From positions 8,727 to 72,726 of the forward strand of contig CAVRRT010000019.1 in NCBI GenBank assembly GCA_963723305.1: DNA of 64,000 nucleotides. Direction: 5' to 3'. Numbering within the stretch: position 1 is the first letter of the stretch; every line of letters starts with the position of its first letter. The DNA comes from an uncultured Pseudomonadota bacterium (GTDB lineage Bacteria > Myxococcota_A > Polyangia > Fen-1088). The notes below the pieces were generated by a model. That model was given only the letters and a program-made list of their open reading frames with translations, ran no database searches and had not been told where the DNA came from. Shown here one piece after another: positions 54,733 to 64,000 of the stretch. Made by a program: the position numbers and the translations under genes.

Positions 54733-54957
54733 CAAAGGTAAAAACACACACTGTCCGTCGGTGAGCGTCGCGCTCACTCACCCACGCCGGCCGCCGTTCA
54801 CGTCGGGATCCTGGAGACCGTCACCCGGTTGACGGCGTCAGGAACCCGAGAACGCCAATCCGTTGACGGTCGGCCGCGCCCGGCTCCACGAAGTCGGCGG
54901 AAGACGCGGGGCCCGACACGCCACGAACGTGGCATGCGATGTGCTGAGTGGGTAAGC

Positions 54958-55728
54958 ATGCCCACGTTGACGACGAAGCGTAAAGCTGCGACCAAGATCT
55001 CCCCCAAGAAGCCCGCCAAGAAGGACTTGGTCGCCCGCCGGAACGAATACGCCGCGAAGTTCTTTCCCTACATCGAGAAGGTGGCGCGGCGTCTGGCGCG
55101 GCGCCTTCCGGCGCACGTCGAGATCGACGACCTGATCTCCTCGGGGGTGATCGGCCTGATGGAGGCCGCCGAGCGGTTCGATCCGAGCCGCGTCGACCGC
55201 TTCGAGGCCTTCGCCGAGTTCCGCATCCGGGGGGCCATGCTCGACGACCTGCGCTCGCGCGACACGCTCTCACGCGACATGCGCCGGCTCTCCAACGAGC
55301 TGCGCGACGCCACCCGCCGCCTGGAGGCGCAGCTCGGTCGCACCCCGGACCACGAGGAGATCGCCAAGCGCCTCGGCGTGGGCGTCGAGGAGCTGTACGC
55401 GCGCCAGCAGAAGCTCTCCGGCTCGTCGGTGGTCGGCATCGACGACGCGGGCCCCGATCTGCTCGAGCGAACCGGCGACACCTCGGCGGACGATCCGTTC
55501 GAGCTCGCCTCGCGCCGCGAGATGCTGGACCGCCTGGTCTCGGGCATCGGCGGCCTGCCGGAGAAGATGCAGCAGGTGCTGTCGCTCTACTATTGCGACA
55601 ACCTGAACCTCAAGGAGATCGGGTCGGTCCTGGGCGTGACCGAGTCGCGCGTCTGCCAGATTCACGGGGAAGCGACCCGCCGCCTGCGGGACTCACTGGG
55701 CGAGCTGGCAATCGAAGCCGCCGCCTAA
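54958..55728 (+). CDS. fliA: FliA/WhiG-type (sigma-28 family) RNA polymerase sigma factor
   Basis: Region 2 (DDLISSGVIGLMEAAERFDP ... FAEFRIRGAMLDDLR), region 3, and region 4 (LSLYYCDNLNLKEIGSVLGVTESRVCQIH) all align to FliA; Lys-rich N-terminal extension. Confidence 0.75.
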   Translation: MPTLTTKRKAATKISPKKPAKKDLVARRNEYAAKFFPYIEKVARRLARRLPAHVEIDDLISSGVIGLMEAAERFDPSRVDRFEAFAEFRIRGAMLDDLRSRDTLSRDMRRLSNELRDATRRLEAQLGRTPDHEEIAKRLGVGVEELYARQQKLSGSSVVGIDDAGPDLLERTGDTSADDPFELASRREMLDRLVSGIGGLPEKMQQVLSLYYCDNLNLKEIGSVLGVTESRVCQIHGEATRRLRDSLGELAIEAAA

Positions 55729-55827
55729 CCGCCTGTAATCCGGCCATTCTCCACGGTGGCGCTGCCAGGGCGCCGTCGTCGAAGTTTTTTTCTCAAGCCG
55801 CTGGCTACACCGTCCGATGGTGTGGGT

Positions 55828-56028
55828 ATGAGCGACACCAACAGATACATCACGCACCGCCGGCCCGCTGTTCGCGCCTCGGGTGCGCCGCTTCATGGCG
55901 CTCAGGTCAACTCACCGGCGCGGGTGGAGGAGCTGCGCAAGCTGGTGGCCGCCGGGCAGTACCACGTCAGCCCTCGCTGGCTCGCCACCAAGATCTTCAG
56001 CGCCTCCGGCCTGAAGATGCCGGAATAG
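55828..56028 (+). CDS. flgM: possible anti-sigma-28 factor (FlgM-like) small protein
   Basis: 66 aa, 100 nt downstream of fliA. The C-terminal helix ARVEELRKLVAAGQYHVSPRWLATKI resembles the FlgM sigma-28-binding helix (compare RVAELKAAIANGTYKVD..KIAdKLL). Confidence 0.4.
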   Translation: MSDTNRYITHRRPAVRASGAPLHGAQVNSPARVEELRKLVAAGQYHVSPRWLATKIFSASGLKMPE

Positions 56029-56295
56029 CCGGCCCGGTTCGCTGCTGAGCCGGCGCCAGAGCGGCGGGCGCCCCTCCGGCGCTCCCCTACGGCTGTGGGG
56101 AAGACGGCGCGGCGGGGTGCGCCAGCGCCACGTTCGCGATGGCCAGCTCTTCGACCGGCACGCTCGCCCTGTTCATGAAGTTCGAGATGAAGCAGGAGAA
56201 GAGCACCACGAACGCGCCCGCGATCCAGGCCGCTCCGAACAAGACGCCGGGAAGAGGAAGCCCGAAGAGCGGCGGCCCGGCCTGTTCCTGCGTGC

Positions 56296-57123
56296 TCATC
56301 CCCCTCCAGTACCACGAAGCAAAAGACGCGCCCAGACCAAATCGTGATCGGAGCCGGGCGCAACCACCTGGCCGCGCGCGGTGGCAGCGAGGTTCGTGCA
56401 GACGACGTCGTAGCGCAGAGGGATGTCGAGCCCGATCTTGCCGAGCGCCACCCCGATCCGGTGCGGGATCATCGGCTCGTGCTGGCGGGCGAAGTGATGC
56501 GTCGGGCGCGTCTCCGGGTCGGCGGCGCCGAACGCCGCGAACGGGGCCAGCAGTGCGTCGAGCGTCCGCCGCCCGCGCCGCCAGGAGAAAGCGTTGGTGT
56601 CGCCGCAGGCCACCAGCCGCTGGTGGAATCCCCGCTCGGAAAGGGCCCTCGCCAGCGCCCCGGTCTGCGCGGCCCGCTGGCGCTGCCCGCCGGCTGTGTC
56701 GAGATGGAACGAGACGGCGGTGAACGCCGATGCACCGTCGGCCGAGAGCTGGGCCCAGAGCGCGTGCTTCTGCTTGGCCTTTCCGTCCACGATGTAGCGC
56801 CGCTCGAACCAGGAGAGCGACGCCAGGCGCGGCAGCGGAATGATCCCGCTCTCGGCGCACGAAAGGCGGCGCCCGTCGAGGACGAACGCCAACCCGAGAG
56901 CGCCGTCGTCGCGGACGACGTGGTAGCTGTCCCCCAGCGCCGCTGCAATCAGCGCGCTCGGGCGGGCGCCGGCCTCGCCGCCAAGGAATCGGTCCTCCTG
57001 CAGGCAGAGAAGATCCAGCCCCTGCCGGTCGCGCAGGTCGAGATACTGCGGGACGAGCGCCTCGAGCCGACGCCCGTGCATGACGTTGTGGGTGGCAGCG
57101 ACGATCGACGCTCCGGCGGGCAC
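56296..57123 (-). CDS. endonuclease/exonuclease/phosphatase (EEP) family protein
   Basis: 275 aa. NVMHGRRLEALVPQYLDLRDRQGLDLLCLQE is the EEP N-terminal metal-site motif. SDHDLVWARL is the C-terminal motif. Confidence 0.6.
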   Translation of the reverse strand: MPAGASIVAATHNVMHGRRLEALVPQYLDLRDRQGLDLLCLQEDRFLGGEAGARPSALIAAALGDSYHVVRDDGALGLAFVLDGRRLSCAESGIIPLPRLASLSWFERRYIVDGKAKQKHALWAQLSADGASAFTAVSFHLDTAGGQRQRAAQTGALARALSERGFHQRLVACGDTNAFSWRRGRRTLDALLAPFAAFGAADPETRPTHHFARQHEPMIPHRIGVALGKIGLDIPLRYDVVCTNLAATARGQVVAPGSDHDLVWARLLLRGTGGG

Positions 57124-57276
57124 GGCGCCCGCAAATCTCTCACAAGGTCAGCCCGGGGAGATCGACGGGCAGCGCACCGTCCTCGAGCTGGGCGGGCGCC
57201 AACCCCAGCGGCCGCTGGGCGGGAGCGCCGCTCGCGCGGCTGACGGGCGCAGGCGGCACAGGATCGGATCGCCGGA

Positions 57277-58467
57277 TTACCTTCCGGTAACCACGATGTC
57301 CGTGCGGCGGTTCTGGGCTCGGCCGGTCTCGGTCTGGTTGGACGCCACGGGGCTCTCCTGCCCCAGCCCCGCCGTCGTCACCCGCGTCGGGTCGATCCCC
57401 TTACCGCCGAGTAATCCCTTTACCGTCTCCGAACGGTCACGCGACAGGTCGAGGTTGGAGGCCGGCGTCCCGACGCTGTCGGTGTAACTCTCGACCCGGA
57501 TGGTCGAGGTCGGATAGGCGCGCAGGATGGTGGCCACCTCGTCGAGCGTCGCGGTCGACTCGGGTGTCAGCTCGGTCGAGGCAAACGCGAAGTTCATCGG
57601 ACTGAGCGTGAACCGCGCCGGCGTCGCCTCCGTGCCGGCCATGAAGCTCGCCAGCTGGTAGGCCGCGGATCCGCGAGCGACCGTCAACGTCTGCCCGTTG
57701 GGGAGCGCCAGCGGGATGGTGGCTCGCGCCACTGCCTCGGCCGGGAGGTTTTGCAGTGTGACCGTGTGGAGCGCCGGCCGCCGCATGGCGCGAAGGAGCG
57801 GGATCGCAATCAGCATGAGCGCGCCGAGCAGGACCAGCGGGGCGAGCCAGCTCTTACGTTCCGGTCCGGCCACCTGCCGGATGGCCGGCGTCCCGACCGG
57901 TGCGGGGATCCGCTGCTCGACCGGGGAGGTCTCGCCGTCCGTGAACAGCGAGGCGACCGGCCCCGGGAGCCGCCGCACGAACTCGCCGCGTTGTTGGCCC
58001 AGCATCGTCCGCAGCCCCTCGGGCTCGATCCGATCCAAGCGGCGCCCGATCGTCAGCAGGGCCGCCCCGGTGGCCCCACCCAGCAGCTGGTGCGCGGAGT
58101 CGGCCTTGATTCCGCTCGCCCGCGCCACCGCGTCCGCGATGCGCGACCCACGCTCGCCGGTCTCGCCGTCGAACAGCGTGGTCCCCTGTTCGCGCCCTGC
58201 GCTCGAGCCGAGGATAGACGCCACGCTGTCGCCCCCGGTCCGGTTGGCGTCGATTCCACGGATCACGCGGGTGAGGTGGGTGGCGCCTGTCTCGGAGGAG
58301 GCCACGTCGGACAGAGCCGTCAACACCGACGGAACGGTGGTCGAGAGCGCCGATCGCAGATGATCGTCGTCCTCACCAAGTTGGAGCGCCGCCCGATGGA
58401 TGACATCTGGTGTGATTTCACGATTGACCAACCCGAGGATGTCAGGTGCCGACGTTGATCCGTTCAT
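57277..58467 (-). CDS. OmpA-family protein with an N-terminal DUF937-like domain and an internal TM segment
   Basis: The ATG at 58467 gives MNGSTSAPDILGLV. A TM helix (WLAPLVLLGALMLIAIPLL) lies in the middle. The OmpA C-domain reads FAFASTELTPEST..LDEVATIL...NRRTDIVV. Confidence 0.55.
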   Translation of the reverse strand: MNGSTSAPDILGLVNREITPDVIHRAALQLGEDDDHLRSALSTTVPSVLTALSDVASSETGATHLTRVIRGIDANRTGGDSVASILGSSAGREQGTTLFDGETGERGSRIADAVARASGIKADSAHQLLGGATGAALLTIGRRLDRIEPEGLRTMLGQQRGEFVRRLPGPVASLFTDGETSPVEQRIPAPVGTPAIRQVAGPERKSWLAPLVLLGALMLIAIPLLRAMRRPALHTVTLQNLPAEAVARATIPLALPNGQTLTVARGSAAYQLASFMAGTEATPARFTLSPMNFAFASTELTPESTATLDEVATILRAYPTSTIRVESYTDSVGTPASNLDLSRDRSETVKGLLGGKGIDPTRVTTAGLGQESPVASNQTETGRAQNRRTDIVVTGR

Positions 58468-58582
58468 GTTGGACCTCGCTTTCTCTGAGCTTGCTTCCGT
58501 GCATCCGCTGGGCCGATCGGGGCGCGACCGCGCCGACGGCCCTGGGGTTGCACCTCGTTTCAGGTGAAAGAGGAGGTGCCCG

Positions 58583-59350
58583 ATGAGATGGAGTCGAAAC
58601 GAGGTACGCGCGGGAATGACCGTAACCAGCACCAAGGGGGAGCGACTCGGTAACGTCATCCGTAGTGGGACCGACACCTTCGTGGTCGAAAAGGGGGTGT
58701 TCTTCCCCAAGGACTACGAGCTCCGTTACGATCACATCACCGCGCTCAACGGTGAACAGATCGCCTACTCGCTCTCCGACACCGACTCCCGCTTCGCCAG
58801 CGTGGCGGAGACGGCGCGCGCGGGCACGGTGGCCAGCGCGGCCACGGCGGCGCGGGTGGCGACAGCGCCGGCGCGAGCGGTCGCGCCCGCGTCGGTCGGC
58901 ACGAGCACGAAGGAGGAGATGCGGATCCCGCTCATGGAAGAAGAGGTCGGCATCGAGAAGGTCTCGCGCGAGACGGGGCACGTCCGGATCCACAAGACGG
59001 TAAAGACCGAGGAGAAGCGCTTCACCGTCCCCGTCACGCGCGAGGACGTGGTCATCGAACGCGTGAGCGCCTCAGGGGACGAAGGCGACGAGGAGGCCTC
59101 GGAGCTGGCGTTCCAGGAGCAGACCCTGGATCTGCCGCTGCACGAAGAGGACCTGCGCGTCACCAAGCGATCGCACGTACGCGAGGAGATCGTGGTTCAT
59201 CCTGTCCTGCAGGCGGTGGAGAAGGAAGCCTCCGCCAGCCTCCGCCACGAGGAGGCGGAGATCGAAGACACGCGCGGACGGACGGCGGGCGGCAGCCTCG
59301 ACGGCGCGCCGACCCGCCCGGGCGGTTACGGCGCCCCCGGCGGGCGCTGA
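58583..59350 (+). CDS. DUF2382 (YsnF/AvaK-like, PRC-barrel-related) stress-associated protein
   Basis: Repeated VVEKGVFFPKDYEL and EEVGIEKVSRETGHVRIHKTVKTEEKRFTVPVTREDVVIERV blocks are the DUF2382 hallmark. Confidence 0.5.
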   Translation: MRWSRNEVRAGMTVTSTKGERLGNVIRSGTDTFVVEKGVFFPKDYELRYDHITALNGEQIAYSLSDTDSRFASVAETARAGTVASAATAARVATAPARAVAPASVGTSTKEEMRIPLMEEEVGIEKVSRETGHVRIHKTVKTEEKRFTVPVTREDVVIERVSASGDEGDEEASELAFQEQTLDLPLHEEDLRVTKRSHVREEIVVHPVLQAVEKEASASLRHEEAEIEDTRGRTAGGSLDGAPTRPGGYGAPGGR

Positions 59351-59541
59351 GCAACGCCGGGCGCGATCGAAGGCCGGCGAGCGCAATCGAATGGGAGAGG
59401 CGACGCCCGTCCTCCGGCACCTCACGCCGGGCTGACGGGCGTTCGCGATCAGGGCGGGCGATCTTGTCGTCCCGTTCCGGTTCCGGCCCCGGCGCCTGAA
59501 CGCGACACGGATGCCGCATTCCACTGCCTCCGCGCCGATCG

Positions 59542-60903
59542 CTAGTCGTTCTTGCCCAGCGCCTTCAGGAGCTGCGCGCGCGCCGTGTAGAGCTGGTACT
59601 GCGCGGAGACCTTCTGCGCGGCGGTGGTGGTGAGCGCCACCTGGGCGTCGCCGAGCTCGATGATGCTGCCGACGCCGGTCGAGTAGCGCCCCTCGGCCAG
59701 ACGCAACCGATCGCGCGTGTTGGCCAGCGCGTCCTCGGCGGCGGCGATGGCCCCCTTGGCGGCGCGGATGCCGAGGCGCGCCTGCTCGACATCGAGGCGG
59801 ACCTGCAGGCTCTGGGTCTCGAGCTGCGCCTGCGCTTGCACCACCTGCCCCTGGGCCTGGTGGATCTGCGCGTCGATGGCGCCCCCCTGAAGAAGCGGAA
59901 CGCTCAAGCTGACGAGGCCGCTGAGGTTCCAGCTGGTGTGGTCGAGCTCGGGGCCGCTGTCGTTGGCGCTGCCGGAGAGGCCCAGCGCCGGCCAGTACAT
60001 GTCGCGCGCCGAACGCACGCCGAGCTCTTGGCTGTGCAGGTTGAGGCGCAGGTTCACCATCTCGGGGCGGGCCTGCTTGGCGTCGCCAATCAGCCCCTCG
60101 ACCTCACCATCCTCGCCCACGACCGGCGGCTGCTCCTCGTCCGACAGATCGTAGTCGACGGACCGCTCGACCCCCATCGCCTGGTTGAGCATCGCCTTGG
60201 CGACGGCGTAGCTGTTCTCGGCGTTGATGAGCTGAAGCTGGGCGGTCGCCCGATCGGCCTTGGCCTGGGTGAGGTCGATCTCCGGGTGGGTCCCCACCTC
60301 GACGAAGCCCCGCACCTGCGCCAGGTGCTTTTCCTGGTTGGCCAGCGTGTCGCGCGCGACGCCGACCAGATCCTTGGCCGCCCGCGCGGTGAAGAAGGCG
60401 ACCCGCGCGTTGTAGGAGACCTGCTCCTCGGTGGTGTGGAGGGTCTCGTCGACGGCATCGGCCGCGACAACCGCCGCCTTCCAGCGGTTGATCGATTCGC
60501 CGAAGTCGTAGACCAGCTGGCTGGCCGAGAGCCGGGCGACCCACAGCGGCTCGGTGGCGAACGAGCTCACCGCCTGCACGCCGCCAGGGACCATGCCGCC
60601 CGGCTGGGGGACGAAGTTGGAGGTGGCGCGGGTGTATGACACCGAGCCGGAGAGCTGCGGCAAGAGCGCGCCCCGCGACTGATCGGCCAGCCCGCGCGCA
60701 GTGGTGGAGTTGCCGCGCGCCAGATCGAGCGCCGGCTGGTGCACGCGCGCGGCCCGCAGCGCCTCGGCCAGGGTGACGATCGGGGCGCTGGCGACGGCGT
60801 CGGGGGCCTCGTCGGCGGCGCGTGCGAGGGGCGCCGCGGCAACCGAGAGCGGCCCGAGTACGAGGGCGAGAACGGCGAGAAAGATGAGGCGAGGTGTCGT
60901 CAT
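59542..60903 (-). CDS. tolC: TolC-family outer-membrane efflux protein
   Basis: Signal peptide; two internal-repeat coiled-coil/beta modules typical of the outer membrane factor family; 453 aa. Confidence 0.75.
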   Translation of the reverse strand: MTTPRLIFLAVLALVLGPLSVAAAPLARAADEAPDAVASAPIVTLAEALRAARVHQPALDLARGNSTTARGLADQSRGALLPQLSGSVSYTRATSNFVPQPGGMVPGGVQAVSSFATEPLWVARLSASQLVYDFGESINRWKAAVVAADAVDETLHTTEEQVSYNARVAFFTARAAKDLVGVARDTLANQEKHLAQVRGFVEVGTHPEIDLTQAKADRATAQLQLINAENSYAVAKAMLNQAMGVERSVDYDLSDEEQPPVVGEDGEVEGLIGDAKQARPEMVNLRLNLHSQELGVRSARDMYWPALGLSGSANDSGPELDHTSWNLSGLVSLSVPLLQGGAIDAQIHQAQGQVVQAQAQLETQSLQVRLDVEQARLGIRAAKGAIAAAEDALANTRDRLRLAEGRYSTGVGSIIELGDAQVALTTTAAQKVSAQYQLYTARAQLLKALGKND

Positions 60904-60908
60904 GATGA

Positions 60909-62131
60909 TCACTCGTAGCGGAGGGCGTCGATCGGATCGAGCTGGGAGGCCTTGCGCGCCGGGTAGAGGCCGAACACCACGCCGACGAGACCGCTGAAGC
61001 AGACCGAGATGACCACGATGTCCGGACGCACCAGCGTCGGCCAACCGAACTTGGCCCCCAGCCGGCCAGCCGAAAAGACGCCCAGCGCCACGCCGGCCAT
61101 TCCTCCCGCAGTCGCCAGCGTGAGCGCCTCGACCAGGAACTGCAGCAGGATGTTGAGCGGCGTCGCGCCGACCGCCATCCGCACGCCGATCTCGCGGGTC
61201 CGCTCGGTGACGCTGACGAGCATGATGTTCATGATCCCGATCCCCCCCACCAGCAGCGACACGCCGGCGATGCTGGCCAAGAGCGTGGTGAGCGTGCGCG
61301 TCCCCTCCGCCTGCGCGTTGGCCATCTCGGTCAGGTTGCGGACCGAAAAGTCATCATCGGCGCCGTTGTCGAGGTGGTGGCGATCGCGCAAGAGGTTGCT
61401 CACCTGCGTCTCGGCCCGCGAGGTGGCGTCGGTGGAGGTCGCGCCGAGGAAGATCGTCCCCGCGATGAACTTCTGCAGGCCGCCCTGGATCTTGGTCTGG
61501 AAGGTCGACTGCGGGACGAACGCCACGTCGTCGTAGTCCTGCCCGACCGGCGACTGCCCCTTCTTCTCCATGACGCCGATGACCTCGAACGGGATGTTCT
61601 TGATGCGAACGGTCTGCCCGACCGGATCCACGGCGCCGTAGAGCTTGTCGGCCACCGTCTCTCCCAGCACCACCACCTTGGCCGACGACTCGACGTCCGA
61701 ATCGAGCAGCAGCCGGCCGCGCGCCACCCTCCAGTTGCGGATCTGAAAATATTCGGGCGAGGTGCCGTTCACGGAGGTGGCCCAGTTCTGATCGTCGCTC
61801 ATGAGCTGGGCGTTCGAGCGCAACTGAACGGCGGCGTAGCGCACCGACGACGCCTCGCGCTGGATGGCGCGGAAGTCGTCCCAGGTCAGCGTCGGCATGG
61901 TGCCGAACCCGCCGCGCGCGCCGCCCGACTGGGTGCTCCCCGGCAGCACGATGAGCAGGTTCGATCCCATCGAGGCGAACGAGGCCTCGACCTGCGCCTT
62001 GGCCCCCTCGCCGATGGCCACCATGGCGATCACCGCCCCGACGCCGATGATGATGCCGAGGACGGTGAGGAACGAGCGCATCTTGTTGCGCAGGAGCGCG
62101 CGCAGCGCCACCCGGAAGGTCTCGAGCGGGA

Positions 62132-62135
<4 letters not shown>
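60909..62135 (-). CDS. macB: ABC transporter permease, MacB/FtsX-like
   Basis: 408 aa: one N-terminal TM, a large periplasmic domain, then three C-terminal TMs (FtsX fold). Confidence 0.75.
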
Positions 62136-62932
<797 letters not shown>

Positions 62933-62963
62933 TCTCGTTTTCTCTAGAGCGGTCGGCCCGACG

Positions 62964-64000
62964 CTAGAAGAGGCGCCGCATCCCCCCCGGACCGGTGGGC
63001 GCCGCAGCCTCCGTCTCGGCGGTCAAGGCGTCGACGATCAGAAGGTCCCCCTCGTGCAGATCCCCTTCGAGCACCTCGGTGGTGCTGCCGTCCGAAAGGC
63101 CGATGCGCAGCGGAACCATCTGCGGCTGACCGCCCTTCAACACCCAGACCGTTCGCCGATCGGTCGGCCCCTCGCCATGCCCGCCCGGGTGGGCACGTCC
63201 ACCGGAGCCGCTCGGGCCTCCGCCGGCGTGCGCGCCGCCGCCGGAGGGACCTCCGCCGCCGTGGGTCCCGGCACCCGCGCCCGGCCCGGCACCGGAGGAC
63301 CCAGCGCCCATGCCAGCAGCCCCGGCGCCTCGTGACCGGTCGGCCAGGCCGCGGGGCGGCTGCATCCCCAGCGCCGCGAAGATCTCGGGGGTCGGCCGGT
63401 AGCGCATCGCCGCGTTCGGCACCCGCAGGACGTTGTCCTTCTCCGCCGACACGAAGGTGACGTTGGCGGTCATCCCCGGCCGCAGCTTGAGGTCGAGGTT
63501 GGCGACGTCGATCACCGCGTCGTAAGTGACCACGTTCTGCAGCGTCTGCGGCGCGTTCCGGATCTGCCGGACCTTGCCGCGGAAGCGCTCGCCGGGAAAT
63601 GCGTCGACGGTGAAGGTGGCAGGCATTCCAGCGGCGAGCTTGCCGACGTCGGCCTCGGCGACCGAGGTGTCGACCTGCATCTCGCGCAGATCCTTGGCGA
63701 TCACGAACAGCGTCGGCGCGGAGAGCGAGGCGGCCACGGTCTGCCCCACGTCGACACTGCGAGAGATGACCGTCCCGTCGGTGGGCGACAGGATCCGCGT
63801 CATGTCCAGGTTCACCTTGGCCTGGGAGAGCGCCGCCTTCGCCTGCGCCAGGGAGCCGCGCGACGCCGCCGACTGCCCCTTCATCACCTCCAGGTTCGCC
63901 TGCGAGGTGTCGTAGTCGGCCTGGGCGATGAGCTTGCGGTCGAGCAGGCTCTTCGACCGCTCGAACTGGCGCCCGGCGTCCAGCTCCTGGGCCTGCGCCT
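62964..64000 (-). CDS. macA: efflux periplasmic adaptor subunit (HlyD/MacA family); 5'-partial (start lies beyond the window end)
   Basis: Beta-barrel and membrane-proximal domains (VDTSVAEADVGKLAAGMPATFTVDAFPGERFRGKVRQI) plus a Gly-rich C-terminal region. The reading frame continues past 64000. Confidence 0.7.
   Translation of the reverse strand, partial: AQAQELDAGRQFERSKSLLDRKLIAQADYDTSQANLEVMKGQSAASRGSLAQAKAALSQAKVNLDMTRILSPTDGTVISRSVDVGQTVAASLSAPTLFVIAKDLREMQVDTSVAEADVGKLAAGMPATFTVDAFPGERFRGKVRQIRNAPQTLQNVVTYDAVIDVANLDLKLRPGMTANVTFVSAEKDNVLRVPNAAMRYRPTPEIFAALGMQPPRGLADRSRGAGAAGMGAGSSGAGPGAGAGTHGGGGPSGGGAHAGGGPSGSGGRAHPGGHGEGPTDRRTVWVLKGGQPQMVPLRIGLSDGSTTEVLEGDLHEGDLLIVDALTAETEAAAPTGPGGMRRLF

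Noticed and set aside
56087-56296. ~70-aa minus-strand ORF with one TM helix overlapping the 3' end of the EEP gene (MSTQEQAGPPLFGLPLPGVLFGAAWIAGAFVVLFSCF...)
   Set aside because: A plausible small membrane protein, but it overlaps the EEP stop in another frame and has no ribosome-binding site or conservation evidence available here. There is not enough support to call it.

Overview
High-GC (~70%) bacterial chromosomal window with about 60 protein-coding genes and no rRNA, tRNA, CRISPR array or mobile element that I could identify. The content is core and metabolic rather than accessory. It includes the conserved rpsB-tsf-pyrH-frr cluster, ilvB-ilvN, pheA, glmU, hemD, amt, a myo-inositol-1-phosphate synthase gene and a bolA-grx pair. 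There is also a cobalt-type nitrile hydratase alpha/beta pair, envelope genes (a thrombospondin-type-3/OmpA protein, GT-C-like membrane proteins, a GH5-like hydrolase, a sulfatase lipoprotein, a MacAB-TolC efflux operon) and a dense regulatory complement: a Ser/Thr kinase, a histidine kinase paired with an NtrC-type regulator, a GAFTGA-less enhancer-binding-protein-like regulator, a FliA-type sigma factor with an FlgM-like ORF, and a REC-DUF4388-DnaJ-TPR protein. This domain repertoire looks Myxococcota-like. About a quarter of otherwise well-conserved genes are split across reading frames, while each fragment still translates to conserved sequence. I therefore read most of these as indel errors or very recent lesions rather than old pseudogenes. 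I found no self-contained, clearly novel multi-gene system such as a defense island. The items most worth follow-up are a diverged ~195-bp tandem duplication at the 5' end of the nitrile hydratase alpha gene that includes a His/Asp-rich tract, the kinase-amt pairing without glnK, a 12-bp x8 in-frame repeat inside a membrane protein gene, a histidine kinase / sigma-54 regulator / unknown-membrane-protein operon, a FAH-family-maiA operon lacking a dioxygenase, and the GAFTGA-less regulator upstream of fliA/flgM-like genes.
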